64,000 nt of DNA from Glaciecola sp. GTDB lineage: Bacteria; Pseudomonadota; Gammaproteobacteria; Enterobacterales; Alteromonadaceae. Shown one piece after another: positions 50,012 through 60,754 of the stretch. A program made the position numbers and the translations under genes. The stretch covers positions 11,028 through 75,027 of the forward strand of contig CBFIBG010000008.1 of assembly GCA_965660815.1 (NCBI GenBank). The letters are read 5' to 3'. The first letter of the stretch is position 1; each line of letters begins with the position of its first letter. Under the pieces are notes generated by a model. It had not been told where the DNA came from. It saw only the letters and a list, made by a program, of their open reading frames with translations, and made no database searches.

Positions 50012-52090
50012 TTATTGAGTATTACCCTCAATACGTCCAGCTTGTTTAATTTCTTTAACGGAGTGATTAAGAATGAGTCCTTTATACCTAATAAGCTCTT
50101 TTTGCAATTTAAGTTTTTCGGCGTCATTGCTCGAGCATTGATAATTCGTACGATAATACAGGTCCGAAAAACTCTTTAAATATTCAAAAAATTGAGGGGA
50201 TAGTTGGTTATCAATTCGTTTAATGAAATTTTTCAATGATTCATTTTTATTTCTCTTTAAGCCCTGCTTATCCAAGAAGTTAAGTACTGCAGATACTGTA
50301 GGTTCTTTGTCTTTCCTAAACCATTTCCTATAAGGTAAAAATAAAACAGTAAGAAAAATGACAATAACGATAATACTTAGAATCAAGAACGTAAATAAAG
50401 TCTGATAACTCAGTTCACCGAACAGCTTTTTGATAAGATCTATTTGGGTGCGTTGGTCAAAGTTTAATACTAATTGATGCCAGTTGTGATCGAGTATGGC
50501 CAAGTATTCATTAAGTTTATTAAATACAGGAAGATCCCAAATATCGGCCGATTGTTCAATCAATATAGAGGATTCGGACTCATCTAAAGCAGACATCAGA
50601 CCTAATAAGGTTCTATTGGGCGCAACTAGCGCCGTAGGATCAAAGGCTACCCAGCCATTTTGTGGTTCATATGCCTCCAACCAAGCATGAGCATCATATT
50701 GATATACACTCATCACATTGTTTCCCTGTACTTGTCCTCCTTGATATCCAGCTACCATACGGGCTGGAATGTTAGCTAACCTTAACATGTAGGTCATTGC
50801 AGAAGCGTAGTGGGAACAAAATCCACGCTGATTATCAAACAAAAATTCATCTACGGGCGACTGCTGCATCAAAGGAGGCTTTAATGTGTATGTGAATGGT
50901 TGAGTTAAAAAATACGATTGAATGGTTCCTACGATCTCATTAAATGTCATTGACTCATCAATATTGTTTTGAACCCATTCAACAGTTCTCGTATTTCCGG
51001 TTTTAGGGACTTGCAGATAGCGTTCATAATCCTGTTGAACGTCATAACTTGCTCTAGGTGCTTGAGTATATGAGTTCAGCATGTAAAAAGTCGGTTTATT
51101 TTGAGGATTGGTTTGGAACAATTGATACTGACGGTTTACTTTAGGGCTAATATTTCCAATCGAATAGTTAACAGCGGGGATGTCCAGAGAATATAACCAA
51201 GGCGTATTATTTGGCTGTGCAATAATTAGATATTGGTAGTTAATAGAAGACTCATTTCGTAAATTCGCCTCACTTTCAAGCAATATTTGTTGGTAATTGT
51301 ATTGCGCCTTATTGAGCCGCCAAGTTTTTCCGTCAAAATAATCCAATACTATTGAACGCCAATATCGTTCCTGTACAGGTGGAATTTTACCATTGGCAAA
51401 TTCAGCACGAAATACCAATTCATCCGATTGAGCTAGGTTTGCAATATCGCCGGGAGTAATCTGCTCTGATAAGCCTGTTTGGGTGTTGATATCAGTTGGA
51501 GCATGCCAAAAAGGTGGTAATCTCGGTGTGACAATAAACAATAGCAACATGATGGGAAATGACTGAATGATCATTTTAATGCTCTGTTGCACGCTTCGCT
51601 GTATGTCTAAATTACCTCTATTCAATAAAAACGCAGTGACAAAAAGGATGACTAAGCAAGCAAAATAGTAAGCAACAATATATACGTTTTGATTGTACAA
51701 GAAGCCGCAAGCAATGAGGAAAAATAAAATTATCAACACTAAATGATAGTCGCTCTGACTACTGAGATTAATAAGTTTTAAACAAGCCGCAACTACCAAC
51801 AAATTAATCATGGTTGCGATAAGACCAAATGTGTTAGATAAATATATCAGCAGACACATGCAAAAAATGGCGAGTAAATTAAGAGTAATGTTTTTAACGC
51901 TTGGTAAGCCGCTTTTTAAGCGCAAATAGGCGATAATGATTGCACAGGCGCACAGCACCCATACCCAGCCCATCAAAGGCTCACTCAATGTAATCAGTAC
52001 CATGCAAAATACAATTACCAAGGTTCCATAGATTGGAATGCTTTCTACTATAGGATTGACGTCTTTTCGTTTGGTCTTATTATTTTTCAT
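50012..52090 (-). CDS. transglutaminase-like membrane protein (TgpA-like)
   Basis: About 6 N-terminal TM helices. Transglutaminase core GFCSHYASAM (Cys), YDAHAWLEAY (His), WVAFDPT (Asp). One further TM near the C-terminus. The ATG at 52090 overlaps the upstream stop by 11 nt, so the ORF-track start at 52195 is an extension into the DUF58 gene. Confidence 0.85.
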   Translation of the reverse strand: MKNNKTKRKDVNPIVESIPIYGTLVIVFCMVLITLSEPLMGWVWVLCACAIIIAYLRLKSGLPSVKNITLNLLAIFCMCLLIYLSNTFGLIATMINLLVVAACLKLINLSSQSDYHLVLIILFFLIACGFLYNQNVYIVAYYFACLVILFVTAFLLNRGNLDIQRSVQQSIKMIIQSFPIMLLLFIVTPRLPPFWHAPTDINTQTGLSEQITPGDIANLAQSDELVFRAEFANGKIPPVQERYWRSIVLDYFDGKTWRLNKAQYNYQQILLESEANLRNESSINYQYLIIAQPNNTPWLYSLDIPAVNYSIGNISPKVNRQYQLFQTNPQNKPTFYMLNSYTQAPRASYDVQQDYERYLQVPKTGNTRTVEWVQNNIDESMTFNEIVGTIQSYFLTQPFTYTLKPPLMQQSPVDEFLFDNQRGFCSHYASAMTYMLRLANIPARMVAGYQGGQVQGNNVMSVYQYDAHAWLEAYEPQNGWVAFDPTALVAPNRTLLGLMSALDESESSILIEQSADIWDLPVFNKLNEYLAILDHNWHQLVLNFDQRTQIDLIKKLFGELSYQTLFTFLILSIIVIVIFLTVLFLPYRKWFRKDKEPTVSAVLNFLDKQGLKRNKNESLKNFIKRIDNQLSPQFFEYLKSFSDLYYRTNYQCSSNDAEKLKLQKELIRYKGLILNHSVKEIKQAGRIEGNTQ

Positions 52091-53138
52091 GCATCGGCCG
52101 TAATGGTCTTGATGTATTATGCTCGCTGACGGCTGAGTGCTCAAAACTCGACGAATAGAGCGCCAGTTGCACCAAACAATTTTTGACGTGTTCATCGCCA
52201 GACCGAGGAAATACCTTTTGAGAGCCGAGGTCTAAACCAAATGTAACTTGCTCTTTATCTAGCTGCTGAACTTGGTAACACAGACAACGCAATGCGTTTT
52301 CGATACCTAAATGCTTAAAGTCATCTAACCTGAGCCATCCGTTCATTCCTTTATTGTCGACAAAGCTTTTTGTTAGCAGACCTTGGCCTTTTGCAGCATG
52401 TTTCCAACTTACGTGTTTTAAAGAGTCTGTACTTTTATACTCTCGAATGCCTTGTAAATCGTCGGTTCTAAAGAGCTGAGTTTGCCCTCCCATTGCTTTT
52501 GAGTTATGACTACTACTATGGGCCAAAGTCAGTGCAGATTTTTGTATTTGTGGATAAACGAGAACCTGTAATTTTGGTGAAAGTTGGGAATAGCATTTAA
52601 ATAGACCAAATCCGTAGGTAGCAGAAAGACTCACGCTTGGACATTTATGTTGTCCGCGCTTCATATCAGGAAGTTTTAATTTCGCGTGTGTTTGCGTTTT
52701 TTCTACGGCAATAGTCTGACAATAATCCGCGACAGTGAATGACAAATTTCCGCCTACATAACTATTTGTTGAGTGCACCATTACAGGTAGAAAAAAGCGT
52801 CTATTTTCATAATCTGCAGGTATTTCATTAAAACTGATTGTATGTTGTGTGAAAAAGAAATAGCTGTGAAAAATGGAGAGTAAAAGCGTGGCCAACATAA
52901 AATAGCAAAGTAAAAGTATAATGTTATTTTGAAAATTGGTACCAAGGACAAACAGACAAATAGCAATTCCTATGCAGGATAAACCAAATTTAGAAGGCAA
53001 TATAAAGGTATTGTTAACATTTAATTGAGTAGTATTGTTACTCGGAACTTTTTTTCTTATCCACGCATCACGTTTATGTATAAGCCAAAATCTTACCTTA
53101 GCTAGCACTGATGGAAGGGACTTAAGCATTCTTATCAT
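52080..53138 (-). CDS. DUF58-like protein (middle gene of the MoxR operon)
   Basis: Two N-terminal TM helices, about 350 aa, and a fixed position between a MoxR ATPase and a transglutaminase. The assignment is partly from context. Confidence 0.65.
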   Translation of the reverse strand: MIRMLKSLPSVLAKVRFWLIHKRDAWIRKKVPSNNTTQLNVNNTFILPSKFGLSCIGIAICLFVLGTNFQNNIILLLCYFMLATLLLSIFHSYFFFTQHTISFNEIPADYENRRFFLPVMVHSTNSYVGGNLSFTVADYCQTIAVEKTQTHAKLKLPDMKRGQHKCPSVSLSATYGFGLFKCYSQLSPKLQVLVYPQIQKSALTLAHSSSHNSKAMGGQTQLFRTDDLQGIREYKSTDSLKHVSWKHAAKGQGLLTKSFVDNKGMNGWLRLDDFKHLGIENALRCLCYQVQQLDKEQVTFGLDLGSQKVFPRSGDEHVKNCLVQLALYSSSFEHSAVSEHNTSRPLRPMHEK

Positions 53139-53154
53139 CAGGGTAATTCTAGTG

Positions 53155-54063
53155 TTAAGCTGCTAAAGGATCGACTTGCTGTAACAAGTGTTCACTATAC
53201 GTAGAAGCTGTAGGAGTGACCAATTGCCCTCTTAGTCTATGTTCAAATACACTGGGTAAGACAAATTGAACATCTTCGGGAATGACATAGTCTCTGCGTG
53301 TAATAAAAGCGGCTGCTTGAGAGGCCTTATATAAAGTTTTCGCGCCGCGTGGAGAAATAGCATTGGGAAAATCATTGGATATTCTGGTGGTAGATACCAA
53401 ATTCAAAATATAATTTAATACAGAATCACTCACCGACACTTGACTGACTTTACTTTGCAGAATGGTCAGTTGCTCAATATCGATTACAGTAGAGAGAACG
53501 GGATTGTCATCAGGAGCCATTAACATTTCTTTCTCAGCTTCAAAACTTGGGTAGCCAAGCGACAACTGCATACTAAACCGGTCTAGCTGAGACTCTGGTA
53601 ACGGATGTGTACCAGATTGATGCAACGGGTTTTGACTGGCTATCACAAAGAAAGGAGAGGGAAGTTCACGAGTAGCACCGTCTATTGTCACCTGCCGCTC
53701 TGCCATTGCTTCTAACAAGGCACTTTGCGTTTTAGGGCTGGCTCGGTTTATTTCATCTGCAAGCACTAGCTGGCTAAAAATGGGGCCCGGATGAAATCTG
53801 AAATTTTGCGATGAATTTTCAAATATGTTGACGCCTAGCATGTCCGCAGGCAATAGATCGGAAGTAAATTGAATGCGTGCGAATTCGAGTCCAAGCACAC
53901 TTGCTAGGGCCTGAGACAGAGTAGTTTTACCCATACCTGGCAAGTCTTCTAGCAATAAGTGTCCGTTAGAGAGCAAGCAAATTAATGACAGCTGAATTTC
54001 ATTTTCTTTGCCTTTTACAATTCTACTTATTTGTTTAATACAGTCTTGAATGTCTGATCGCAT
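53155..54063 (-). CDS. MoxR family AAA+ ATPase
   Basis: LLLEDLPGMGKTTL (Walker A), VLADEINRASPKTQSALLEAMAE (Walker B/sensor), FFVIASQNP. Confidence 0.92.
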   Translation of the reverse strand: MRSDIQDCIKQISRIVKGKENEIQLSLICLLSNGHLLLEDLPGMGKTTLSQALASVLGLEFARIQFTSDLLPADMLGVNIFENSSQNFRFHPGPIFSQLVLADEINRASPKTQSALLEAMAERQVTIDGATRELPSPFFVIASQNPLHQSGTHPLPESQLDRFSMQLSLGYPSFEAEKEMLMAPDDNPVLSTVIDIEQLTILQSKVSQVSVSDSVLNYILNLVSTTRISNDFPNAISPRGAKTLYKASQAAAFITRRDYVIPEDVQFVLPSVFEHRLRGQLVTPTASTYSEHLLQQVDPLAA

Positions 54064-54688
54064 AATATATTCGTCTTTTAGGTGTTAAAGGCGGCTTCTG
54101 CTATTTAAAGAAGATACAAACTCCATTTTCACGGCATTTAAATGCTAGCGTATTCGCATTTTTGCTACCTGATTACTTACTACTAACTGTTACTTAGTGC
54201 CAAGAATTTATAGGTCACAGTCCTTAATTTGGCGACAGCTGTTACTATTCTTTCAACCAAGTACGTTTGAAAGATTAATAGTCATTACGCGTTAAGTGCA
54301 AATTTCTATTAAAAGGAATCGAACACAATGTTAACCGTCAGCTTTACCTGAATTAACACACAGAAACATTCTAATATCATAAAGTTAAGATAATTCTTAC
54401 GCACACTACAAATAATAGTGCATTTATTGAAAAACATAAGCTTACGAGATATACCTAAGTATGAGTTAAAATAGAAAACTCGCCATTTTGCGTATATAAG
54501 ACTTTTGTCAAGGCTATTGTCAGGATAAAAACTTGGCACATGAGTTTTGTTAAAAGTGATAACTCCCCAAAAGTATTAGTAATCTAGTTTGAAACACATA
54601 TACTTAATTTGATAACTTTGCAGTAACTAGCAATAATCTGGTGTTTAACCGTTTTCAATTCAATAATCGAGTTTTGTCAGGAGACTTC

Positions 54689-56329
54689 ATGGCCATTAGC
54701 CCAAAAGCAGGTAAGCATTCGCAGCAAAAAGATTTAATTAACGTAGCAAAACTCACAACTGATTACTACAGCTTGATACCTGATGTGACTGAACCGTCGC
54801 AAGCGGTCAGCTTTGGTACTTCCGGACATAGAGGCACTGCTAGCGCAATAAGTTTCAACGATTTGCATATAGCAGCAATTTGCCAAGCCTTAGCTGAATA
54901 TAGAACAATCAACGATATTACAGGCCCTATTTTTATTGGCAAAGACACACATGCGCTTTCAGAGCCCGCGTTAGTTACTGCAATTGAGGTGCTGGTCGCT
55001 AACGAAATCGTGGTATTCATACAACGAGACAACGGTTACACGCCTACGCCCGTTATTTCGCATAAAATCGTACAGTATAATTCAACGCGCCAATCTGGAT
55101 TGGCTGATGGTATCGTAATTACCCCTTCACACAACCCTCCAAGCGACGGAGGCTTTAAATACAACCAGACACACGGTGGCCCTGCAGAAAGTGCTGTAAC
55201 GACTCAGATTCAAAACCGAGCGAATGACATCATCTTAAAGTCGCTCCCCATAAAACGAATGCCGTATTCAAAGGCTTTGGCCAGCAGTAATTTGCACAGA
55301 ATTGACTTTGCTACTGATTACATAAACGATTTGGATAATGTGGTCGACATGAAATCTATTGCAAAAGCGGGCTTAACACTTGGCACTGACCCTCTTGGTG
55401 GTTCGGGTATTCACTACTGGGATCAAATTGCTGATACTTATCACTTAAATATTACTGTGGTTAACAAGGCAATAGATCAACGATTTGCATTCATGCCGTG
55501 CGATCACGATGGTAAAATTCGAATGGACTGCTCGTCTGCGTATGCTATGTCTGGTTTAATAAATCTGAAAGATAACTTTGATTTAGCCTTTGGTAATGAT
55601 CCTGATTTCGACCGTCACGGCATTGTTTGCAAATCGTCTGGTCTAATGAACCCCAATCATTATCTAGCCGTTGCGATCAATTATTTATGCCTAAATCGAC
55701 CAGACTGGTCAAACACTCTCGGAATAGGGAAAACTCTAGTATCAAGTAGCATGATTGATAAAGTGGTCGCTAAATTAGACAGGAAATTGCTTGAGATGCC
55801 TGTAGGGTTTAAATGGTTTGTTCAAGGACTTACTGACAAAACAATTGCTTTTGCGGGAGAGGAATCAGCAGGAGGAATATTTTTAAAACGAGATGGCACA
55901 ACATGGGCAACCGATAAAGACGGATTTATCTTGTGCTTACTTGGTGCTGAGATGTTAGCCACTACAGGAAAAGACCCTGGTCAACAATATCAAAGTTTAA
56001 CCAAACAATTTGGTGAGCCGATGTATAAAAGAATCGATGTTGCGGCCAGCTTGTCCGAAAAAGCAAAACTGTCAAGTTTGAAGGCTTCAGATATTGTCGC
56101 ACAGTCAATGGGCGGCGAAGACATTACCAATGTGCAAACTCATGCTCCTGGAAATCAAGCCGCGATAGGTGGCGTAAAAGTGAGTACACAGAGCGGTTGG
56201 TTTGCTGCCAGACCTTCTGGAACTGAAAATGTTTATAAAATATACGCTGAGTCATTCAAAGGTGAAACTCATTTACATAAAATAATTGAGGAAGCTGAAA
56301 AATTGGTGTCGAGTGTTTTAAATAATTAG
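54689..56329 (+). CDS. pgm: phosphoglucomutase (alpha-D-glucose phosphate-specific)
   Basis: ATG at 54689 after AGGAG. MAISPKAGKHSQQKDLINVAKL parallels the E. coli Pgm N-terminus. FGTSGHRG, TPSHNP, GNDPDFDRHG, GEESAG. Confidence 0.93.
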   Translation: MAISPKAGKHSQQKDLINVAKLTTDYYSLIPDVTEPSQAVSFGTSGHRGTASAISFNDLHIAAICQALAEYRTINDITGPIFIGKDTHALSEPALVTAIEVLVANEIVVFIQRDNGYTPTPVISHKIVQYNSTRQSGLADGIVITPSHNPPSDGGFKYNQTHGGPAESAVTTQIQNRANDIILKSLPIKRMPYSKALASSNLHRIDFATDYINDLDNVVDMKSIAKAGLTLGTDPLGGSGIHYWDQIADTYHLNITVVNKAIDQRFAFMPCDHDGKIRMDCSSAYAMSGLINLKDNFDLAFGNDPDFDRHGIVCKSSGLMNPNHYLAVAINYLCLNRPDWSNTLGIGKTLVSSSMIDKVVAKLDRKLLEMPVGFKWFVQGLTDKTIAFAGEESAGGIFLKRDGTTWATDKDGFILCLLGAEMLATTGKDPGQQYQSLTKQFGEPMYKRIDVAASLSEKAKLSSLKASDIVAQSMGGEDITNVQTHAPGNQAAIGGVKVSTQSGWFAARPSGTENVYKIYAESFKGETHLHKIIEEAEKLVSSVLNN

Positions 56330-56523
56330 CTAAATGTAAGTAAAATACATAATATATGTGAAATAAATGTTATCAAAACGATTAATTTAATCGATTATAA
56401 GAAAACATTCTAAAGAATTAACACTCTGTTAACATCCATACGTATGAAATGCCTTTTTGGGAATAGTTTTGCTTGTTTTAATGTAATAAACTTACATATA
56501 AGCTATTTTCAAAAGAGCAAATT

Positions 56524-59040
56524 ATGACAATTTCAAATAAATCATCTAAAAAACGCGAATCCTCTACTTCAAAATCTAAAGGTAGCCAAGCAAACTCTCT
56601 AATAAAGTTTGATAAGCATTCATTTAAGCAGGCAGTAATAAAAAACCTTCATTCCACGCTTGGCACTGATGAAAACAAGGCCAACAATCACGCTTGGTAT
56701 AAGGCGACCAGTGCGGCTATTCAAGAGCTAGTTTTAAATCAATTAAGAAAAACGCAAAAAACGCATTATCTGAACGATACCCGAGCCGTGCATTACTTTT
56801 CAGCGGAGTTCTTAATGGGCCGGCTTTTATCAAATAATATGCATAACTTTGAGTTGTTTGATGTTGCTGATTCAGCGATGAAAGAGCTTGGCGTTAATTT
56901 GACCGATATTTTGGAAGAAGAACCAGACATGGCCCTTGGCAATGGTGGTTTAGGTCGTTTAGCGGCTTGTTTTATCGACTCACTTGCCACGCTTCAGTAT
57001 CCTGCGATTGGTTACGGTATCCATTATGAGCATGGGTTGTTTCGACAGGAGATTAAGCATGGTGCTCAAATTGAAAGACCAGATAGTTGGAGGGACTACG
57101 GCAACCCATGGGAAATCTGCAGGCCTGAGTCGATACAAGAAGTTTCTTTGTATGGTTACGTTGAGACAAAGTACGGCGATAGCGGGAAAATTAAAAAAGA
57201 GTGGCATCCAGGCTCGATAGTGAAAGGGGTTCCTTGGGACATACCTGTTGTGGGCTACGGTGGCAACACTGTTAATGTATTGCGCTTGTGGGAAAGTCAG
57301 TCTTCTGATTATTTTAATTGGGATGTATTTAACGCAGGTGGTTACGTCGACGCTCAGCGTGAAAATATACAGGCTGAGACCATATCAAAGGTGTTGTATC
57401 CAAATGACGAGACTGAAGCAGGTAAGGAGTTGCGTTTAATTCAGCAGTATTTCTTCAGTGCCTGTTCACTAAAAGATATCATTCGGCGCTATAAAAGGGC
57501 GCATGGGGATGATTGGAGCAGATTTTCAGAGCAGGTAGTCATTCAATTGAACGACACTCACCCAGCCATTGCTATTCCAGAACTCATGAGAATATTGGTC
57601 GATAGGGCTGAATTAGATTGGGATACCGCATGGAAGATTTGCACCCAGACATTCGCTTACACCAATCATACGTTATTGCCAGAGGCGCTCGAGAAGTGGC
57701 CGGTAAGAATGATAGAAAAAATACTGCCACGTCATATCGAAATAATTTATGAGATTAACCACAGATTTATGCAACTTGTTGAACAGAAGTGGCCTGGCGA
57801 TAACGCCATGAAATCCAAACTTTCGATAATAGAGGAAGCCAATGAGAAAATGGTTCGTATGGGTAATTTATCTGTTATTGGTTCCTTTGCTGTTAACGGT
57901 GTCGCAGAAATTCACTCAAAATTGGTGAAACAAAACCTCTTCCCGGAATTTGATGAATTGTACCCAAGTAAGCTAACCAACGTGACCAATGGCGTTACGC
58001 CTAGGCGCTGGTTGAAAGCGTGTAACCCTTTATTATCTGACTTAATATCTAAGAAAATTGGCACGGCATGGCCTTTGAATTTAGATGAGCTAGACAAACT
58101 ATCTAAGTTTGCAGATAACAAGACCTTCCAGAATCAATTTATGAAGGTAAAACATCAGAATAAAAAACTACTTGCTGAGGAAATTAAAAAATTAACCGGC
58201 ATTGAAGTTGATACAAATGCTATTTTTGATATACAAATTAAACGCTTGCACGAGTATAAAAGACAGCACCTTAACTTATTGCACATTATGGCGCTCTATA
58301 GGCGGTTATTAGAAAACCCAGATTACGATATGCATCCTAGAGTATTTATCTTTGGTGCAAAAGCGGCTCCTGGTTACGCGCTTGCAAAAACCATTATTTA
58401 TGGCATTAATAAAGTGGCGGACACCATTAACAAAGATAATCGAGTGAATCATAAGATAAAAGTTGTATTTTTACCGAACTACCGAGTGTCACTTGCAGAG
58501 AAAATGATACCGGCCGCTGATGTTTCCCAGCAAATATCCACTGCAGGCAAAGAAGCCTCCGGAACAGGTAACATGAAATTGGCGTTAAATGGGGCGGTTA
58601 CTATTGGCACATTAGATGGGGCTAATATTGAAATTGCTGAAGAAGTTGGTGATGAAAATATATTCATTTTTGGAAACACTGTAGAGCAAGTGGAGGCATT
58701 AAACTCAAACGGTTATAACCCGCACGATGTTTATTATCAAAACCCAGAGATAAAAGCTGTACTGGACTGGTTAGACACGGATTATTTTACGCCTGGCTCC
58801 CCCAGAGCGTTAAGTAGTCTAAAACACAGCGTACTTGGTGGAGGCGATCCATATCTGGTATTGGCAGATTTTGAATCGTATAGTGAAGCAAATAAGGCAT
58901 TAGATATGGCTTATAAAGATAAAGCTAGATGGGCCAAAATGGCGATATTGAACACTGCTAAAATGGGTAAATTTACATCAGACCGTTCGGTGAACGATTA
59001 CATTGAACGTGTTTGGAAACTGGACGTTTGTAAAGTATAG
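56524..59040 (+). CDS. glgP: glycogen/maltodextrin phosphorylase
   Basis: [49 protein letters not shown] (PLP lysine). Confidence 0.93.
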   Translation: MTISNKSSKKRESSTSKSKGSQANSLIKFDKHSFKQAVIKNLHSTLGTDENKANNHAWYKATSAAIQELVLNQLRKTQKTHYLNDTRAVHYFSAEFLMGRLLSNNMHNFELFDVADSAMKELGVNLTDILEEEPDMALGNGGLGRLAACFIDSLATLQYPAIGYGIHYEHGLFRQEIKHGAQIERPDSWRDYGNPWEICRPESIQEVSLYGYVETKYGDSGKIKKEWHPGSIVKGVPWDIPVVGYGGNTVNVLRLWESQSSDYFNWDVFNAGGYVDAQRENIQAETISKVLYPNDETEAGKELRLIQQYFFSACSLKDIIRRYKRAHGDDWSRFSEQVVIQLNDTHPAIAIPELMRILVDRAELDWDTAWKICTQTFAYTNHTLLPEALEKWPVRMIEKILPRHIEIIYEINHRFMQLVEQKWPGDNAMKSKLSIIEEANEKMVRMGNLSVIGSFAVNGVAEIHSKLVKQNLFPEFDELYPSKLTNVTNGVTPRRWLKACNPLLSDLISKKIGTAWPLNLDELDKLSKFADNKTFQNQFMKVKHQNKKLLAEEIKKLTGIEVDTNAIFDIQIKRLHEYKRQHLNLLHIMALYRRLLENPDYDMHPRVFIFGAKAAPGYALAKTIIYGINKVADTINKDNRVNHKIKVVFLPNYRVSLAEKMIPAADVSQQISTAGKEASGTGNMKLALNGAVTIGTLDGANIEIAEEVGDENIFIFGNTVEQVEALNSNGYNPHDVYYQNPEIKAVLDWLDTDYFTPGSPRALSSLKHSVLGGGDPYLVLADFESYSEANKALDMAYKDKARWAKMAILNTAKMGKFTSDRSVNDYIERVWKLDVCKV

Positions 59041-59066
59041 GTAAAGTTTGCTTTTCATTTTTAAGG

Positions 59067-59104
59067 AAACCAGCGGCAAATTGCGTTGTCGCTGGTTTTT
59101 TTTA
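59067..59104 (+). terminator. Intrinsic terminator after glgP
   Basis: AAACCAGCG-14 nt-CGCTGGTTT followed by T8. Confidence 0.85.
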
Positions 59105-59200
59105 TGGTTTTGGTAAAGATCACAGAGTTAAGCCCGATACAATAAGGACTGAGGTAGTTAACCATACGATAATAATAAGTACGGACTAGAATTCACTGTT

Positions 59201-60523
59201 ATGAACCAGCATCCAGCTAAACATCTTAACGAATTGCCTAACAGATATAATTTTATTGAGATTATCAATCAAATATCTAAAAAGGAGAAACGATTCAGCC
59301 TAATGTTAATTGACATAATGCGGTTTTCAGATGTCTCAACTGCGTTCGGCCACAGCTCAGGCGATGATTTGTTACTTCAAATTGTGAATCAAATGGGTAA
59401 AGTAATGTCGTCTTCTATTGCACTAGGGCGTATTAGTGGAGATATTTTTGGGCTGGTCTTTACCAACGCGATTTCTGAGTCAGCGTTAAGAGAGCAACAT
59501 ACAAATCTATGCAATCACTTTAAAACTCCACTGACCATATGCGGCACCGCTTTTATCGCTGATTTTAATGTGGGTGCTTCTGTTCGAAAAAACCCCAGCA
59601 CGAATATAAATACTATAATCTCTCTTGCAGAAACTGCACTGAAGAAGTCAAAGTCTAATCGTCATGAAAACTTCACGTTGTTAACTGATGACACTAGAGA
59701 GCAAACGGGAAGAGGACTAACTCTCAAAGCAGATTTACGCAGAGCGATTACAAAAAACGAACTTCAATTGTTTTTCCAACCGAAAGTCGATTTAACAAAT
59801 TTTTCTATAATAGGAGGAGAATGCCTGCTTAGATGGAACCATCCTCTTGATGGTATGGTATTTCCGGGTACCTTATTGCAAGCGGCAGAATCTTATAACA
59901 TGATGAATGACTTGGGCTATTGGACCCTTGAAGAGTCTATCAAATCACTCTCTATTATTGCTCAACATGGTTATGAAAAAGTTGTGTCGGTCAACGTCTC
60001 ACCTACGCAACTTTACGACCCACGACTTGTTGAAACAATGAAGTCCCTCCTAAACAAATACCAAGTGTCTCCAGAACATTTAGAAATTGAATTGACAGAA
60101 GATGTTGCATTGTCTAACTCCCTGCTGGTCAAACAACAGTTATCCGAGATTAGGGCCATGGGTGTTGCAATTTCAATGGATGATTTTGGGAAAGGGTATT
60201 CAAATCTTAGCTTTATACGAGATTTAGATTTGTCGGCGATTAAAATTGATAAGGCATTTGTGCTAGAGTTGCAGGATTCCCCCGTAAACAGTGCAATCGT
60301 TCAGGCGACAAAACTTATATGTGACGCTAAGGGTTGTAAAACTTACGCAGAAGGCATAGAAACGCGTAAACAATTGGCTCTTTTGCAAAAAATGGGCATA
60401 GAAAAAGGGCAGGGGTTTCTTTTTTCTAAGGCGGTGCCACTTGAAGAATTTCTCGAGCAGCTAAGGGTTGGAGATTTCAATCACGTAATCCATAAAAATG
60501 TGAATGAACAAATGGCCGGTTGA
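59201..60523 (+). CDS. degenerate GGDEF + EAL domain protein
   Basis: SGDIF in the GGDEF position. EAL domain with ECL, SVNVS, EIELTED, MDDFGKGYS, KIDK, EGIET, GQGFLF. Confidence 0.85.
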   Translation: MNQHPAKHLNELPNRYNFIEIINQISKKEKRFSLMLIDIMRFSDVSTAFGHSSGDDLLLQIVNQMGKVMSSSIALGRISGDIFGLVFTNAISESALREQHTNLCNHFKTPLTICGTAFIADFNVGASVRKNPSTNINTIISLAETALKKSKSNRHENFTLLTDDTREQTGRGLTLKADLRRAITKNELQLFFQPKVDLTNFSIIGGECLLRWNHPLDGMVFPGTLLQAAESYNMMNDLGYWTLEESIKSLSIIAQHGYEKVVSVNVSPTQLYDPRLVETMKSLLNKYQVSPEHLEIELTEDVALSNSLLVKQQLSEIRAMGVAISMDDFGKGYSNLSFIRDLDLSAIKIDKAFVLELQDSPVNSAIVQATKLICDAKGCKTYAEGIETRKQLALLQKMGIEKGQGFLFSKAVPLEEFLEQLRVGDFNHVIHKNVNEQMAG

Positions 60524-60646
60524 TTGTTATGTGGGAATTCGCCATCAACCTTGGCAAATTTCGACGCATACATCTTAAAAGCTTACTTTATTTTCATCCA
60601 ATATATTAACAAATGTCTTTCCCGTATTATTGATGCAAGAGTACTT

Positions 60647-60676
60647 TTGCATCTTTCTAACCGCTTTATGTATACT
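60647..60676 (+). promoter_or_regulatory. Candidate promoter for astE
   Basis: TTGCAT-18 nt-TATACT. The -35 overlaps the 3' arm of a hairpin (GATGCAA/TTGCATC, 60632-60653) after the preceding gene. Confidence 0.3.
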
Positions 60677-60754
60677 CTCATGTATAGTGATATAGACACC
60701 ATCATTCGAACTTTTTTCCCATTAGTTTTTGAAAAGGCGTAAAAATAAACAGTA

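Noticed and set aside
54309-54539. 76-aa ORF in the moxR/pgm divergent intergenic region
   Set aside because: It is an AT-rich, Phe/Ile/Asn/Lys-biased frame with no RBS, located where two divergent promoters are expected.
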